Numbered from the stretch's first letter, positions 31,468-41,494 are shown. The stretch: DNA of 64,000 nt from Salinispira sp. (GCA_965602015.1 OZ271918.1:3552001-3616000), one strand, 5' to 3'. Notes: generated by a model from the sequence alone, not told the origin. Numbers and translations: made by a program.

Positions 31468-32193
31468 TTAAAGAATCTCCTCGTCGAAGCCAAAACGGAA
31501 CACCACGATGGTCAGGCCCAGACACACCTTGATGCCGATCAAAAGGTTCATGAGAATCAGGAAGGCTTCGTTGAGCTGGGGAAATCTGGTATTGAGCTGA
31601 TAGAAAAGAAACGCGACGGCGAAAATAACGATCATAACGAACAGACTCTGCTCGACATCGTGAAGCAGTTCGGCATTGATGTCGTTTACCGGGTCCACGA
31701 TGAAGCGTCCGATAAACAAGGTTGCCAAAATTGCCCCGCCCTGGAACCCGCCGCCGGGAGTATTGTGTCCGTTGAGGATGATATAGAGGCCGAAAAGAAT
31801 AATGACCGGATACAGAAATCCGGTTATTTGAGTGACTATGGCGTTTTCATGGGTTTCGACCGATGATTTCGCCGCTTTTTTCCTGAGCACCCGGGCACCC
31901 CGGCCCATTTCCTCATTGCGGATGCCGATGCGGAAAAAATGAATTATTCCCACTATGGCGATGAGCAGCAGCAACGCTTCGAACAGGGTATCGTAGACCC
32001 GGTAGTTAAGGTATATGGCCGCCACAGCGTTGCGGGCGCCGGTATCCGCTTCGAAATTCTGCATTATGTAGCCCGGCACATCGAAGTTCCCGACGGATTC
32101 GGGAATGGCCGCATCGGGGTACTCATTTGAAAGGTACAGCACTCCGGCCAGTACCGCCACGACGAAAATGGAAACGAGTATGCTTCGAATCAT
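31468..32193 (-). CDS. mrpB: Mrp/Mnh subunit B (MbhE/F-like)
   Basis: NAVAAIYLNYRVYDTLFE and GHNTPGGGFQGG. Confidence 0.88.
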   Translation of the reverse strand: MIRSILVSIFVVAVLAGVLYLSNEYPDAAIPESVGNFDVPGYIMQNFEADTGARNAVAAIYLNYRVYDTLFEALLLLIAIVGIIHFFRIGIRNEEMGRGARVLRKKAAKSSVETHENAIVTQITGFLYPVIILFGLYIILNGHNTPGGGFQGGAILATLFIGRFIVDPVNDINAELLHDVEQSLFVMIVIFAVAFLFYQLNTRFPQLNEAFLILMNLLIGIKVCLGLTIVVFRFGFDEEIL

Positions 32194-32756
32194 GACTCCG
32201 CTCCTATTCGGACGAATTCGACGGTAATATCCGAGCTATGGAGTATGAGCAGAAGTTCAAGCTCGTCGACCAGGAAATTGTCCTCGAGTCCGTAAACCGT
32301 GAAGTTCTGCCCTTCGGTTTCCACCACAAGGTCAAAGCGGCCTTCGGCGATAATGGTCTCCCGGGTCTCCCTGGAGTACACGATTTCCGGATCCAGTTCC
32401 CGGGAAAGGCAGAAGGATTCTATTTCCGTCAGTAGTTTCCCCTGACCTGAGTTCGCCAGCTCGGCAATCTTTGAGTCCTGGAGCCTCTCATCCTGATCGA
32501 CAGCCACGATTATGCTGTATGTCCGGTAGCGCTTGATGGCCGTCAGATACAACAGCATTACCAGACCGCTGCCGATAACCGCTTCGGCAATGGCCACATC
32601 CGGCGCTCCGTAATACAAATAGAGGAAGGAGCAAATAAAGGAAAAAATACCGAGGAAAATAACCGCGTGCCTCAAAATACGGGTCCACACAGCGACGATG
32701 GCAATCATTACGGCCATCAACAAGAGAATGGAGTCCAAGCCGATTCCGAGTGTCAT
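32190..32756 (-). CDS. DUF4040/MbhD-like antiporter subunit with C-terminal soluble extension
   Basis: APDVAIAEAVIG motif. Confidence 0.8.
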   Translation of the reverse strand: MTLGIGLDSILLLMAVMIAIVAVWTRILRHAVIFLGIFSFICSFLYLYYGAPDVAIAEAVIGSGLVMLLYLTAIKRYRTYSIIVAVDQDERLQDSKIAELANSGQGKLLTEIESFCLSRELDPEIVYSRETRETIIAEGRFDLVVETEGQNFTVYGLEDNFLVDELELLLILHSSDITVEFVRIGAES

Positions 32757-33064
32757 TCCGTTGCGCTCCCCTGTCCCCGTTCGACCCGGTAGCCGGCGGT
32801 ATAGGCCGATCTGGCGATGGCATGGGTTGAAACCGGTGAGGTCAGCATCTCAAAAACAACGATAATCAACAGCTTCGCCGAGGTGAAGGTGAACCCTTCG
32901 ATTAACACCAGACCCAGCATTATGGTAATGAACCCTACCGTGTCGACCTTGGCGGTTATGACTACCCGGGAATAAAACTCTTTGTAGACCAGAACGCTGT
33001 ACACGCCGGTGGCGACGAATAACAACCCTAAAATCACGAGTCCCTGTCCGATCAGCGCTATCAT
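32753..33064 (-). CDS. mrpG: Mrp/Mnh subunit G
   Basis: FYSR...K.DT.G, SPVSTHAIARSAY. Confidence 0.9.
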   Translation of the reverse strand: MIALIGQGLVILGLLFVATGVYSVLVYKEFYSRVVITAKVDTVGFITIMLGLVLIEGFTFTSAKLLIIVVFEMLTSPVSTHAIARSAYTAGYRVERGQGSATE

Positions 33065-33321
33065 GCATCCCCCTTCCGCTCGATGAACCGGGCAATCAGC
33101 ACGCTTGAGAGGAAGCCGAGGAGACTGTAGATGATGGCCACGTCCATGATAAACGAGCGGTCCAGCATAATCGCCACAATGGCGATGGCGACGATGATTT
33201 TGCTGCTAATCAGTGTCATACCCAAAAGGCGGTCCCAGACGGTGGGTCCAAGCAGAATGCGCGCCACGGCGCCGAAGGACAGTCCGGCTAAAATGAACAG
33301 GCTGATTTCCAGAAAGCTCAT
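33061..33321 (-). CDS. mrpF: Mrp/Mnh subunit F
   Basis: RILLGPTVWDR, DVAIIYSLLGF. Confidence 0.9.
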   Translation of the reverse strand: MSFLEISLFILAGLSFGAVARILLGPTVWDRLLGMTLISSKIIVAIAIVAIMLDRSFIMDVAIIYSLLGFLSSVLIARFIERKGDA

Positions 33322-33812
33322 CGTTGTGCCTTCCTGATCAGCTTCTCGAAGGGACCCTTTATGTCCGACGCGATTTCTTCCGCAGTGCCCGGTTGGGGAT
33401 CGAGCCATATGATCTTTAAATTCTGATCTTTCTGTTCCAGGGTTACGGTGCCGGGTGTGAGGGTTATGGAATTGGCCAGGAGGGAGACTGCAAACGGATC
33501 TTTGAGATCGGTGGTTATATCCACAATGCCCACATTGATCCGGCCGGTGAGCATGCGGACCACCGCTCTGAACCCCGCGACGTAAATCGCAATGAGAAGC
33601 CTAAACGCGTAGATCATCATGGGAAGAAAATGAAAATGATATAGCGAGGAATAGCTCTTTTTCAGAATCAGTTTATCCGTAGCCAGGAGGGCCATTATGG
33701 AGGCGATTGCTCCGGTTACTACAGTCTGTACATCGATTTTTTCGCTGTACACAATCCACACGCCGGTCATTATGATCGTCAGTTTCGCATAACTGAGAAG
33801 CTTTTGATTCAT
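33318..33812 (-). CDS. mrpE: Mrp/Mnh subunit E
   Basis: LANSITLTPGT motif. Confidence 0.92.
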   Translation of the reverse strand: MNQKLLSYAKLTIIMTGVWIVYSEKIDVQTVVTGAIASIMALLATDKLILKKSYSSLYHFHFLPMMIYAFRLLIAIYVAGFRAVVRMLTGRINVGIVDITTDLKDPFAVSLLANSITLTPGTVTLEQKDQNLKIIWLDPQPGTAEEIASDIKGPFEKLIRKAQR

Positions 33813-33960
33813 AATACCAGTATAACCAAAGAACCGGGCTCTATATGAAAAAATAATCGGATAATGGAGAATTTTTACCCGGAATGCTTTCAGAAGATTT
33901 CGCCCCGGGCCGGCGCCGGATTTCGTTGACGGGATTAATCGCCTGCACTATAGTTTTTCT

Positions 33961-34404
33961 ATGCTAAAAGATGTTTTGACCCCCGACCTGGTAACCGTCG
34001 ACCTTCAGGGTACTTCCAAGCGCGCGGTTATCGAATCACTGATATCAATACTTGAGAAAAACGGCGCAATAGACGACCCCAAACAGGCTCTTGAAGATGT
34101 GCTTGACCATGAAGGTCTGACCAGCACGGGAATGGAAAACGGCATTGCCATTCCCCATGCAAAGACCAGTGCTGTAAAAGGCTTGGTTGCCTGCGTTGGG
34201 GTAACCAAAACCCCGGTGGAATTTGAGTGCCTGGACCGAAAACCCGCAAGGATTTTTGTCATGACCCTGAGCCCGAAAGAAGGCACCGGACCCCATGTTC
34301 GGTTTTTGGCGGAGATTGCCAGGCTGTTGAAGGAAAAGTCCGTCAGGAAGAAAGTTTTGGCCGCCGACACTGACCAGAAGCTCTACGAAGTTTTTGTCGG
34401 ATAG
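33961..34404 (+). CDS. PTS EIIA (Ntr/Fru-type) domain protein
   Basis: STGMENGIAIPHAK with the phospho-His; TTGACG-N17-TATAGT-N6-ATG promoter. Confidence 0.9.
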   Translation: MLKDVLTPDLVTVDLQGTSKRAVIESLISILEKNGAIDDPKQALEDVLDHEGLTSTGMENGIAIPHAKTSAVKGLVACVGVTKTPVEFECLDRKPARIFVMTLSPKEGTGPHVRFLAEIARLLKEKSVRKKVLAADTDQKLYEVFVG

Positions 34405-34416
34405 GTACGGGCAATA

Positions 34417-36057
34417 ATGGTTTTTCCCCTTTGGCTTCCGGTAATCGGACCGATTGCCGTAGCTTCGCTGGGGTACTTCCTCAATCGAAAGGTATTCTTT
34501 TCACTTCAGCTGCTCTATCAGCTTTTCCACGTTTTTGTTGTGACATCGCTTCTGGTTGCCGTTAGTCGTTCGGGACCTGTAGAGTCAGTGTTGGGCTCAC
34601 TGCCCCAAGGGGTCGGGGTGCTTCTGCGAGCTGATGAGATCGGCGCTCCCATGGTTGCCCTTGTCGGGTGGTTTTTCCTGCTGATTCTGAGCTTTAACAC
34701 CCAAAAACGCTACATGAGCAGACTTTTTCTCTTTCTTCTGGGGACCTTGCAGGGGCTGTTGACGGCTATTGTCCTGGCCGGCGACCTCTTTAATATGTAC
34801 GTGCTGCTTGAACTCTCCACCCTGGTAATCGCCATACTCATTATGTTCAAACGGGACAAGCAGGCCCTGTACAACGGCATGATTTACATGACGCTCAACC
34901 TCGCGGGAATGAGCTTCATGCTGTTGGGCATCGGCTTTGTGTACCGCACATTCGGTACCCTGGATATCGAGCAAATCACCATGTTGGCCGCAGGGGCCGG
35001 CAATCCGAGGGCGCTGATACTACCCTTTGCCCTTGTCATTACGGGCCTCGGAGTAAAGTCAGCGCTATTCCTGGTTTTCGGCTGGCTTCCCCCGGCACAC
35101 GGCGCACCAAGCGCGCCATCGGTGGTATCGGCGGTGCTCTCGGGGCTGCAGATTAAGGCGGGGATTTTCCTTCTCATACGGGTTCAACAGGCGTTTATGG
35201 TTCCCCTGCCCACGGAAAACCTTTTCCTGATTCTGGGAGTGCTGACGAGCGTCACCGGATTTGTCCTGGCCATTGCCCAATCCGACGCGAAGCTGATTCT
35301 CGCCTATCATACGGTTTCCCAACTCGGATTAATAATAATCGGACTCAATACCGGCAGCGAGACCGCGTGGTGGGGTTCCGTGTATCATATTTTTAACCAT
35401 GCCTTTTTTAAGGGCCTGCTATTCCTCACCGCGGGGATCGCCATCAATGTGTACGGCACCCGGGATGTGTACAAAATCCGGGGTATCCTCCAGCGAATGC
35501 CGATTGTGGGAATTGCGATGTTTGCGGGAATTCTCGGCATTACCGGTACCCCTTATTTCAACGGCAGCGTGAGCAAGTATCTCATCCAGTCGGGTTGGGA
35601 TTTTACTCCCGGTGAGTGGGCCCTACACCTGATAAACCTGGGGACGGCGGTTTCATTTGTGAAATTCTCCCTGATGCTTTTTGGAAAATCCACGGCACCT
35701 CCGGTTTCCGAAAGCTCGGAAAAACCCGGGAGTCATTCACGGCAGCCTGATCCGTTCACTGCAGGCGTCGCCCTGCTGATGGGGGCGGCGTGTTTTGCCG
35801 GGGGTATCGGTGCGGGAAGCGTCATTCCCCTGATATTCCCGGTTTCGCCGTCGGTATCCGGAGCCTATTCAGCGGAGAAATTCACCAGTTTCGCCATAAC
35901 CCTCGCGGTGGCTGTGGCGCTGTATTTTTTCGTAATCAAACGAGTTTCGCTTTTCCATAAAATCCGAAGTTTCAAAATTCGTCTGGTAGACCTGTCCGTA
36001 GGGGTGTTCGCCCTCTTCGTCACCGTTGCGGGCTACCTGATGCTCACAGTATCCTGA
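34417..36057 (+). CDS. Second MrpD-like proton-conducting antiporter subunit
   Basis: Clear paralogue of 29492-31117 (DLFNMYVLLELST, WLPPAHGAPSAPS, NHAFFK, SVSK). Confidence 0.85.
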   Translation: MVFPLWLPVIGPIAVASLGYFLNRKVFFSLQLLYQLFHVFVVTSLLVAVSRSGPVESVLGSLPQGVGVLLRADEIGAPMVALVGWFFLLILSFNTQKRYMSRLFLFLLGTLQGLLTAIVLAGDLFNMYVLLELSTLVIAILIMFKRDKQALYNGMIYMTLNLAGMSFMLLGIGFVYRTFGTLDIEQITMLAAGAGNPRALILPFALVITGLGVKSALFLVFGWLPPAHGAPSAPSVVSAVLSGLQIKAGIFLLIRVQQAFMVPLPTENLFLILGVLTSVTGFVLAIAQSDAKLILAYHTVSQLGLIIIGLNTGSETAWWGSVYHIFNHAFFKGLLFLTAGIAINVYGTRDVYKIRGILQRMPIVGIAMFAGILGITGTPYFNGSVSKYLIQSGWDFTPGEWALHLINLGTAVSFVKFSLMLFGKSTAPPVSESSEKPGSHSRQPDPFTAGVALLMGAACFAGGIGAGSVIPLIFPVSPSVSGAYSAEKFTSFAITLAVAVALYFFVIKRVSLFHKIRSFKIRLVDLSVGVFALFVTVAGYLMLTVS

Positions 36058-36184
36058 ATACGCGCATAATCTGCCTTCTGCGCAGGTATCGGGGACAACG
36101 AGCAGAACTCACTACATGGGAGCTGCTGTTCAAAACTGACTTCTTCACTTGCCAGGAGCCGATACCCGGTAGTATCATGATTAA

Positions 36185-37108
36185 ATGAGTGAACAATCTG
36201 TTGGAGTAATAGGCGTAGGCCGTCTTGGTTCGGATGTTGCATTCGCGCTTGCCGAACAGGATCTTGGAGACCTGGTTCTGTTCGATAAAGACCATACCCG
36301 GGCGCAGTATCTGGCAACCGACCTCTCGGATACCAGCTTTGGCCGGGCGTACAACCGGAAAATACATTCGGTGGATAATATGAGGGATCTGGCAGATTGC
36401 GATGTAATTCTCGTCGCTGCCGGCGCTCCTATCGACGCATCCGAAGCGGTAGAAAAGGTTTTTGCGGCGAACAAATCCATTGCCGAGGAAGTTGCCCAGG
36501 CATTTGCAGGAAGTTCCAGCGTATTCGTCGTCGCGAGTGAGCCCGCGGACCTTATGACCGCGTATTTACAGCAGAAAATGGACATTCCAACCTCCCGCGT
36601 GCTTGGAATCGGCGGAATCGTCGACGCCTTTGTTGCGCGGAACGCCATCGGCGATGTCCTGGATGTCAGTCCCGAATATGTCCGCACTCACGTCGTCGGC
36701 CCTCATGGCAGCGGCGCTCAACTTGTGTGGAACTATACGAGTCTTAACGGAATATCCGTCGATCAAATCGCCGATGATTCCCAAATCAAGGCTATAGAAC
36801 AACACGCGAAAAAAGAACTGGAAGAGCGGAAGAGCAGACTCGACCACAGCAACGCCCGTTTTGCTCCGGCCATGGCCTGCGTCGAGTTGATACGCTGCAT
36901 TGTGAGAAATGACCGTCGGGTACTGTCGGTTACCGTCGTCGTCGACGAAGCCTATGGAGCCAAGGGTGTGGCAATGAGCATGCCCTGCGTAATCGGCCGT
37001 TTCGGCGCAGATCGTCGCTACACTCCTGAAATCGGATCCGCAGCAGCGGAAAAAATCAAAGAAGCGACCAGTTCGTTCAAGTCGGTCCTCGCCGGAGGTG
37101 CAGCATGA
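36185..37108 (+). CDS. Malate/lactate dehydrogenase-like protein, atypical active site
   Basis: GVGRLG, D.VILVAAG, GPHG; substrate-binding arginines absent. Confidence 0.75.
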   Translation: MSEQSVGVIGVGRLGSDVAFALAEQDLGDLVLFDKDHTRAQYLATDLSDTSFGRAYNRKIHSVDNMRDLADCDVILVAAGAPIDASEAVEKVFAANKSIAEEVAQAFAGSSSVFVVASEPADLMTAYLQQKMDIPTSRVLGIGGIVDAFVARNAIGDVLDVSPEYVRTHVVGPHGSGAQLVWNYTSLNGISVDQIADDSQIKAIEQHAKKELEERKSRLDHSNARFAPAMACVELIRCIVRNDRRVLSVTVVVDEAYGAKGVAMSMPCVIGRFGADRRYTPEIGSAAAEKIKEATSSFKSVLAGGAA

Positions 37109-37992
37109 GAAAGGTAACGATATTCGGCGCAGGAAAAATGGGATCCAGAATCGCCTTCTTTTTATCAAGGAGCCGAGACATCGCACGAATCCGGGTCGTG
37201 GACGTCGACCGTGACCGAGCACGGGCCACCACCATGGACTTTCTCGAGTCCAGCATAGCATTAAAATCAAAAATCGAAGTTGTTGACTATGAGGAGCCGA
37301 AAGAAATAGAACTCAGCGACGTGGTTATCATCGCTGCAGGCGTAAAACAGCACACAGACGACAGGATTGAATATCCCACCGACGCTGATATCGCCCGGAT
37401 GGAAGAGATTGGCGGTCACATCGGGCACTTCGCCTCTCAGACCACCGTTGCTGTTTTTTCCCAGCCGGCTGAAATATTCTGTCCCATCATCGCACGGGCG
37501 GGGGATCTTAAGAAGGAGCAGGTTTTTGGCTTCCCGTTGCTCATCTACCGTGAGTGGTACCGGGCCGGAATTGCCAAACTCGTGGGCCTGAGCAATCACG
37601 ATGTGCGGATAACAACTGTGCGGACCTTGTCCGGTGAAGAACTGGTGCCTGAGCAATGTACTGTCGGAGGCATTCCCCTGCTTGATCTTGTTGACGAATC
37701 CCAACTTCCCGCGCCCCCTTCCAGGAAGATAATGGAGGAGCGTTTGGCGCAGATCCACTACGGTCCCGCCGCCGTGGTATCCCAGGTTGCCAGCGAGATT
37801 GTCGGCAAGAGGCGTCAGGTTGCTACGACAATTTGTCCCGATCCGGAAACCGGACTCTACACCGAGGCGAAGTCGATTATCGGACCGGGAGGTTTTGAAA
37901 AACGAATACCGATGAAGCTGTCCAAGGAGCAAAACGCCCGTCACCAGGAATATGTTGATGCGGTGAAAGCCCTTACGCAGAAGATGGGATGA
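37105..37992 (+). CDS. Malate/lactate dehydrogenase-like protein, degenerate
   Basis: GAGKMG, SDVVIIAAG; no GxHG motif; ATGA overlap with the previous gene. Confidence 0.7.
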   Translation: MRKVTIFGAGKMGSRIAFFLSRSRDIARIRVVDVDRDRARATTMDFLESSIALKSKIEVVDYEEPKEIELSDVVIIAAGVKQHTDDRIEYPTDADIARMEEIGGHIGHFASQTTVAVFSQPAEIFCPIIARAGDLKKEQVFGFPLLIYREWYRAGIAKLVGLSNHDVRITTVRTLSGEELVPEQCTVGGIPLLDLVDESQLPAPPSRKIMEERLAQIHYGPAAVVSQVASEIVGKRRQVATTICPDPETGLYTEAKSIIGPGGFEKRIPMKLSKEQNARHQEYVDAVKALTQKMG

Positions 37993-38003
37993 GTAAAACG
38001 GTC

Positions 38004-38039
38004 AAAAAAAGCGGCGGAAGTAACTCCGTCGCTTTTTTT
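38004..38039. terminator. Bidirectional intrinsic terminator
   Basis: AAAAAAAGCGGCGGA-agtaac-TCCGTCGCTTTTTTT between convergent genes. Confidence 0.8.
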
Positions 38040-38067
38040 ATGCCTTGTGAGTCTGTTTACCCCCGGT

Positions 38068-38286
38068 TCACATAAACAGCCCGACCACGCTCACCATGGC
38101 GACCATGTAGACAAATGCACCGATTACCGCAGTTTTTTTGGCGCTTTGTATCAACTGAGCCTTTGCCTTGCCGTCGGCGTCCTCCCGGGATCGCAATCCG
38201 GACAGGCCAATGGCGTAACGGATCAGCCCAACAATCAGCATCACCAGCAAGACGGAAATTATTCGTACAATTGAATTATCAAACAT
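38068..38286 (-). CDS. Small 2-TM hypothetical protein
   Basis: Hydrophobic ORF with GAGGTG RBS, downstream of the RnfD-like gene. Confidence 0.55.
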   Translation of the reverse strand: MFDNSIVRIISVLLVMLIVGLIRYAIGLSGLRSREDADGKAKAQLIQSAKKTAVIGAFVYMVAMVSVVGLFM

Positions 38287-38322
38287 ATGGAAACACCTCT
38301 CTTTGAATCTGCCATTCCCAGC

Positions 38323-39222
38323 CTATGCTGGGGCAGGGCTGAGTTTTTTCTTCGGTTTGGGCTTGAAGCGCTTGGTGTTGAAGAAGGGAACGAAGAGATT
38401 CATCGTCAGCACAGCGAAGGTCGTCCCCTCGGTGAACACGTAGGCACCCGGCGTCTGCCACCCCCACCAGCGCATGCTGATGATGATTGCGCCGACTCCC
38501 GCCCCGAAAAGAAGCTGACCCTTGGGAAACTTCGGCGAAGACATCGGGTCGGTCGCCATAAAGCATCCGCCGAGCATCAGGCTTCCGGCGAAGAAATGGT
38601 ATAGCGGATTCTGCCCGGCTACGAGAGACGCGACGAGCACCACGGAGAATGCCGCCAGTGGGATGCGCCATCTGACAAAGCGCCGGTATACCAGGTAAGA
38701 AAACCCAATGAGCAGAGCTATAGTGGATATTTCCCCGATGGCCCCGGGGTTCCGTCCGAGAAACATGTCGAGAAGCGGCACTCCGCCGGTTTGGCCGGTC
38801 TCCCTCAGTACCTCCAGGGGCGTAGCTGACGAAACCGCATTGAATGGCGGGCGCCAGGGCAAAATTGAATCGGGGAACGCAAAAAGATAAAAAATCCGGC
38901 CGAACATAGCGGGATTAAACAGGTTCTTTCCGAAGCCTCCCAATAGCTGTTTGCCAAAAATAATACCGAAGGCAACGGAGGTCATCAGGGCATAGACAGG
39001 AGTCGAGGTCGATACCGCCATGGACAGCAATAACCCGGTAACCGCCGCACTGCCGTCCTTAATGGTTATTTTCTGCTTGGTGAGCTTCTGATACAAGGCT
39101 TCGGCAATCAGCGCTGTGCTGACGCCGGCCACAATGCGAATCAACGCATCAGTGCCAAACGCAAAGACTGAAAAAACCGCGGCCGGAGCAAGGGCCGTGA
39201 GCATCCCGTACATTATTTTCAT
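38323..39222 (-). CDS. RnfD/NqrB family membrane protein (stand-alone)
   Basis: DGSAAVTGLL, GKQLLGGFGKNLFNPA, SSATPL (FMN-Thr), GAIGEIS, FMATDP; TATAAT-N6-ATG start. Confidence 0.88.
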   Translation of the reverse strand: MKIMYGMLTALAPAAVFSVFAFGTDALIRIVAGVSTALIAEALYQKLTKQKITIKDGSAAVTGLLLSMAVSTSTPVYALMTSVAFGIIFGKQLLGGFGKNLFNPAMFGRIFYLFAFPDSILPWRPPFNAVSSATPLEVLRETGQTGGVPLLDMFLGRNPGAIGEISTIALLIGFSYLVYRRFVRWRIPLAAFSVVLVASLVAGQNPLYHFFAGSLMLGGCFMATDPMSSPKFPKGQLLFGAGVGAIIISMRWWGWQTPGAYVFTEGTTFAVLTMNLFVPFFNTKRFKPKPKKKLSPAPA

Positions 39223-39346
39223 GGATATATTATACGCGGTTTGCTTACTTTTGAAAAATAAAATAATAAGAGTTCGTTTAATGTGAAAAAGTCGCAAAAA
39301 CACCGGGCATGTGCCCGATGTTTTTGCTTATTTGGGTCAATGGCGC

Positions 39347-41494
39347 CTAATCAAAGTCAAAGCTGGCCAATACCGGATCGTGATCCGAGAACCGCGTTGC
39401 ATATTCAAATTCCGAGTAGCGATGGACTATGTCTATCTGGGGATTTTTCGCGCTCAATCCGTCCGAAATGAGAATGTGGTCCAGGACTTGAGCATTCCCG
39501 TCAAAGTGATAGCTGTAGCGTTCAGATACGGGGAGTTTTTCGATGAGATTTACCAGCACATCGCCTTTTAACACTGCTAAGGGTTCTTCGAAATCGAACT
39601 CATTCAAGTCACCCAGGACAATTACATTCGCCCCGCTGTCTACCGACAGAATATCATCGACGAAGCTATTGATCACTTCAGCCACTGCGATTCTTTGCTC
39701 CTCCTTCCCGTTATAAATCGGCTGGCTCATACCAAACAAATCATCGCTGCCGCTTTTCGACGGGAAGTGATTGTTGATGACGTACACCCTCTCGCCGCTA
39801 AAGGAAAACTGGGCGACCAGAGATCTCCTTGAAGGGGGAATAGAATCCCCTTCCCGGGAGCCCCCGAGATAACTCAGTCCCTCCCCGGTAAAAGCCGGGT
39901 TTCCCGGATCGATTCTGCCGGGATTCAACGTGAGGTTGCCGTCTGCTGTGACTGAGGTGGCATCGGACGGACCAGCTTCACCCGAATCGATGAATTCAAC
40001 CCGATCGCTCCTAAATAAAAATCCGACCCGAATGTTCGCCTCGGGCCAGCCGCCTTCGTTGCCTTCATCGGCAGGACCGTTAGGATCTATCTGCCGGAAA
40101 TCATAGTTCAGGTTTGGATCGATGGATGTTATCGCATCGATCAGCAGGGCATAGTTTTGATCCGCACCGATGACGCCCTCTCCGACGCCGTCGGGATCGT
40201 CGGTTGCACCGTTGTCATCGCCCATTTCCTGGAGGCCGATGATATCAGGGGCATTCAGGGCATGTACGATGGTTTCTGCGAGATCCATGGTTTTGGCCTC
40301 GAAATCTTCGAACCCGTCGTCCTGAGCAGGGTAATTCAAAATGTTAAACGAGGCGACGGTGAGGGTGTTTTCGTCACCCATCAACTCAGATTCCTCCCGG
40401 GCAAGATCGACGGATGTCAACTCAGGCATACTGGTCGCCGCAATCACATAGTTGCCGAAGGTGTAGTGCAAGGGTCCAACCACCGGACCATTGAGGATAT
40501 CACCGGTTTTTGCGATTCGGATCGGTTCAAGTCCGGCTCCATCGGTATCGATATACATCCGTTCCGGATTGAAATCGCCGGGGCTTAACAGAAGGCTTCC
40601 CCGATCATTTAATCCACTGGCGTGTTTCCCCCGGTCTGCGACCACGGCAAGCTCGAAGCGGGTAAAGCCAGAAATAATCATTGGGTTATTTATGTGGACC
40701 AGCATGCCTTCCAGGCTTTCGTAGAAGTCCAGACCCTCATTCTCAACATCGAAGCTGCCGTCGATGGGGCCGTCTGATATCACTTCATGAGGGATCCGTC
40801 GGCCGCCATCACCCAGCAGAGTAGGCTTGATCTGCAGATCTCCGGAATAAATCGGTTCGATGGCGTCAAAATAGGCGAGCTGGGAGTTGCCAAAGCGCTC
40901 TTCAGCATTTGCGCTGGGAAGTACGACCCAGTCACCCACCGAGGGAGCGGTGTTATCGTTTCCGATAAATACATAGATGCCTTCCGAGCTATTTATGTCT
41001 CCGTCCTGTTCGGGGCTCTGCATCCAGAATGCATTCCCTCGGCCGGCGACAGCGGTCACAACTCCGATTACATTTGCAAAGCGCTCGCCGGTAACCGAGT
41101 ATCTATCTCCCTGGATTTCATGGATGAAGGTGAACTCCGGATAGGCTGACGTTTCTATAGCCAGGAAGTCAACCTCAGCGCCCTCGCTGTTTAAAACAAC
41201 ATCCCTGAAGCCCGTGACGGGGAAGACATGGTAATCTTCTGCCGATGTGGAAAAGAAATAGGTTCCGGCTGCCAGGGGGCCGACTTTTGCCGATCCGCTT
41301 TGATCCGTCGTATAGGTCCGGTCTCCGACGGTTATTCTGACCTCCGGAATCGGTTCTCCAGCCAGGTCGAGCACTCTGACCATCGCGGTGGAATCCGCGA
41401 CCGGGATTTCCGATTGGGGGGTTGCGCATGCAGTGGCAAAAAGCGCGGTGAGAAACAGCACCAACGCCGCGCAGGACAATGCGAAGTTCTTCAT
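39347..41494 (-). CDS. Extracellular endonuclease/exonuclease/phosphatase (ExeM-like) lipoprotein
   Basis: Lipobox ATAC, ESLEGM.V, ASFN, LQE, NHF.SK, GDLN, LDH, SDHDP. Confidence 0.9.
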   Translation of the reverse strand: MKNFALSCAALVLFLTALFATACATPQSEIPVADSTAMVRVLDLAGEPIPEVRITVGDRTYTTDQSGSAKVGPLAAGTYFFSTSAEDYHVFPVTGFRDVVLNSEGAEVDFLAIETSAYPEFTFIHEIQGDRYSVTGERFANVIGVVTAVAGRGNAFWMQSPEQDGDINSSEGIYVFIGNDNTAPSVGDWVVLPSANAEERFGNSQLAYFDAIEPIYSGDLQIKPTLLGDGGRRIPHEVISDGPIDGSFDVENEGLDFYESLEGMLVHINNPMIISGFTRFELAVVADRGKHASGLNDRGSLLLSPGDFNPERMYIDTDGAGLEPIRIAKTGDILNGPVVGPLHYTFGNYVIAATSMPELTSVDLAREESELMGDENTLTVASFNILNYPAQDDGFEDFEAKTMDLAETIVHALNAPDIIGLQEMGDDNGATDDPDGVGEGVIGADQNYALLIDAITSIDPNLNYDFRQIDPNGPADEGNEGGWPEANIRVGFLFRSDRVEFIDSGEAGPSDATSVTADGNLTLNPGRIDPGNPAFTGEGLSYLGGSREGDSIPPSRRSLVAQFSFSGERVYVINNHFPSKSGSDDLFGMSQPIYNGKEEQRIAVAEVINSFVDDILSVDSGANVIVLGDLNEFDFEEPLAVLKGDVLVNLIEKLPVSERYSYHFDGNAQVLDHILISDGLSAKNPQIDIVHRYSEFEYATRFSDHDPVLASFDFD

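Noticed and set aside
29492..33812. Membrane-bound hydrogenase (Mbh/Eha) operon
   Set aside because: No NiFe large/small or Fe-S subunits adjacent; only the antiporter module is present.
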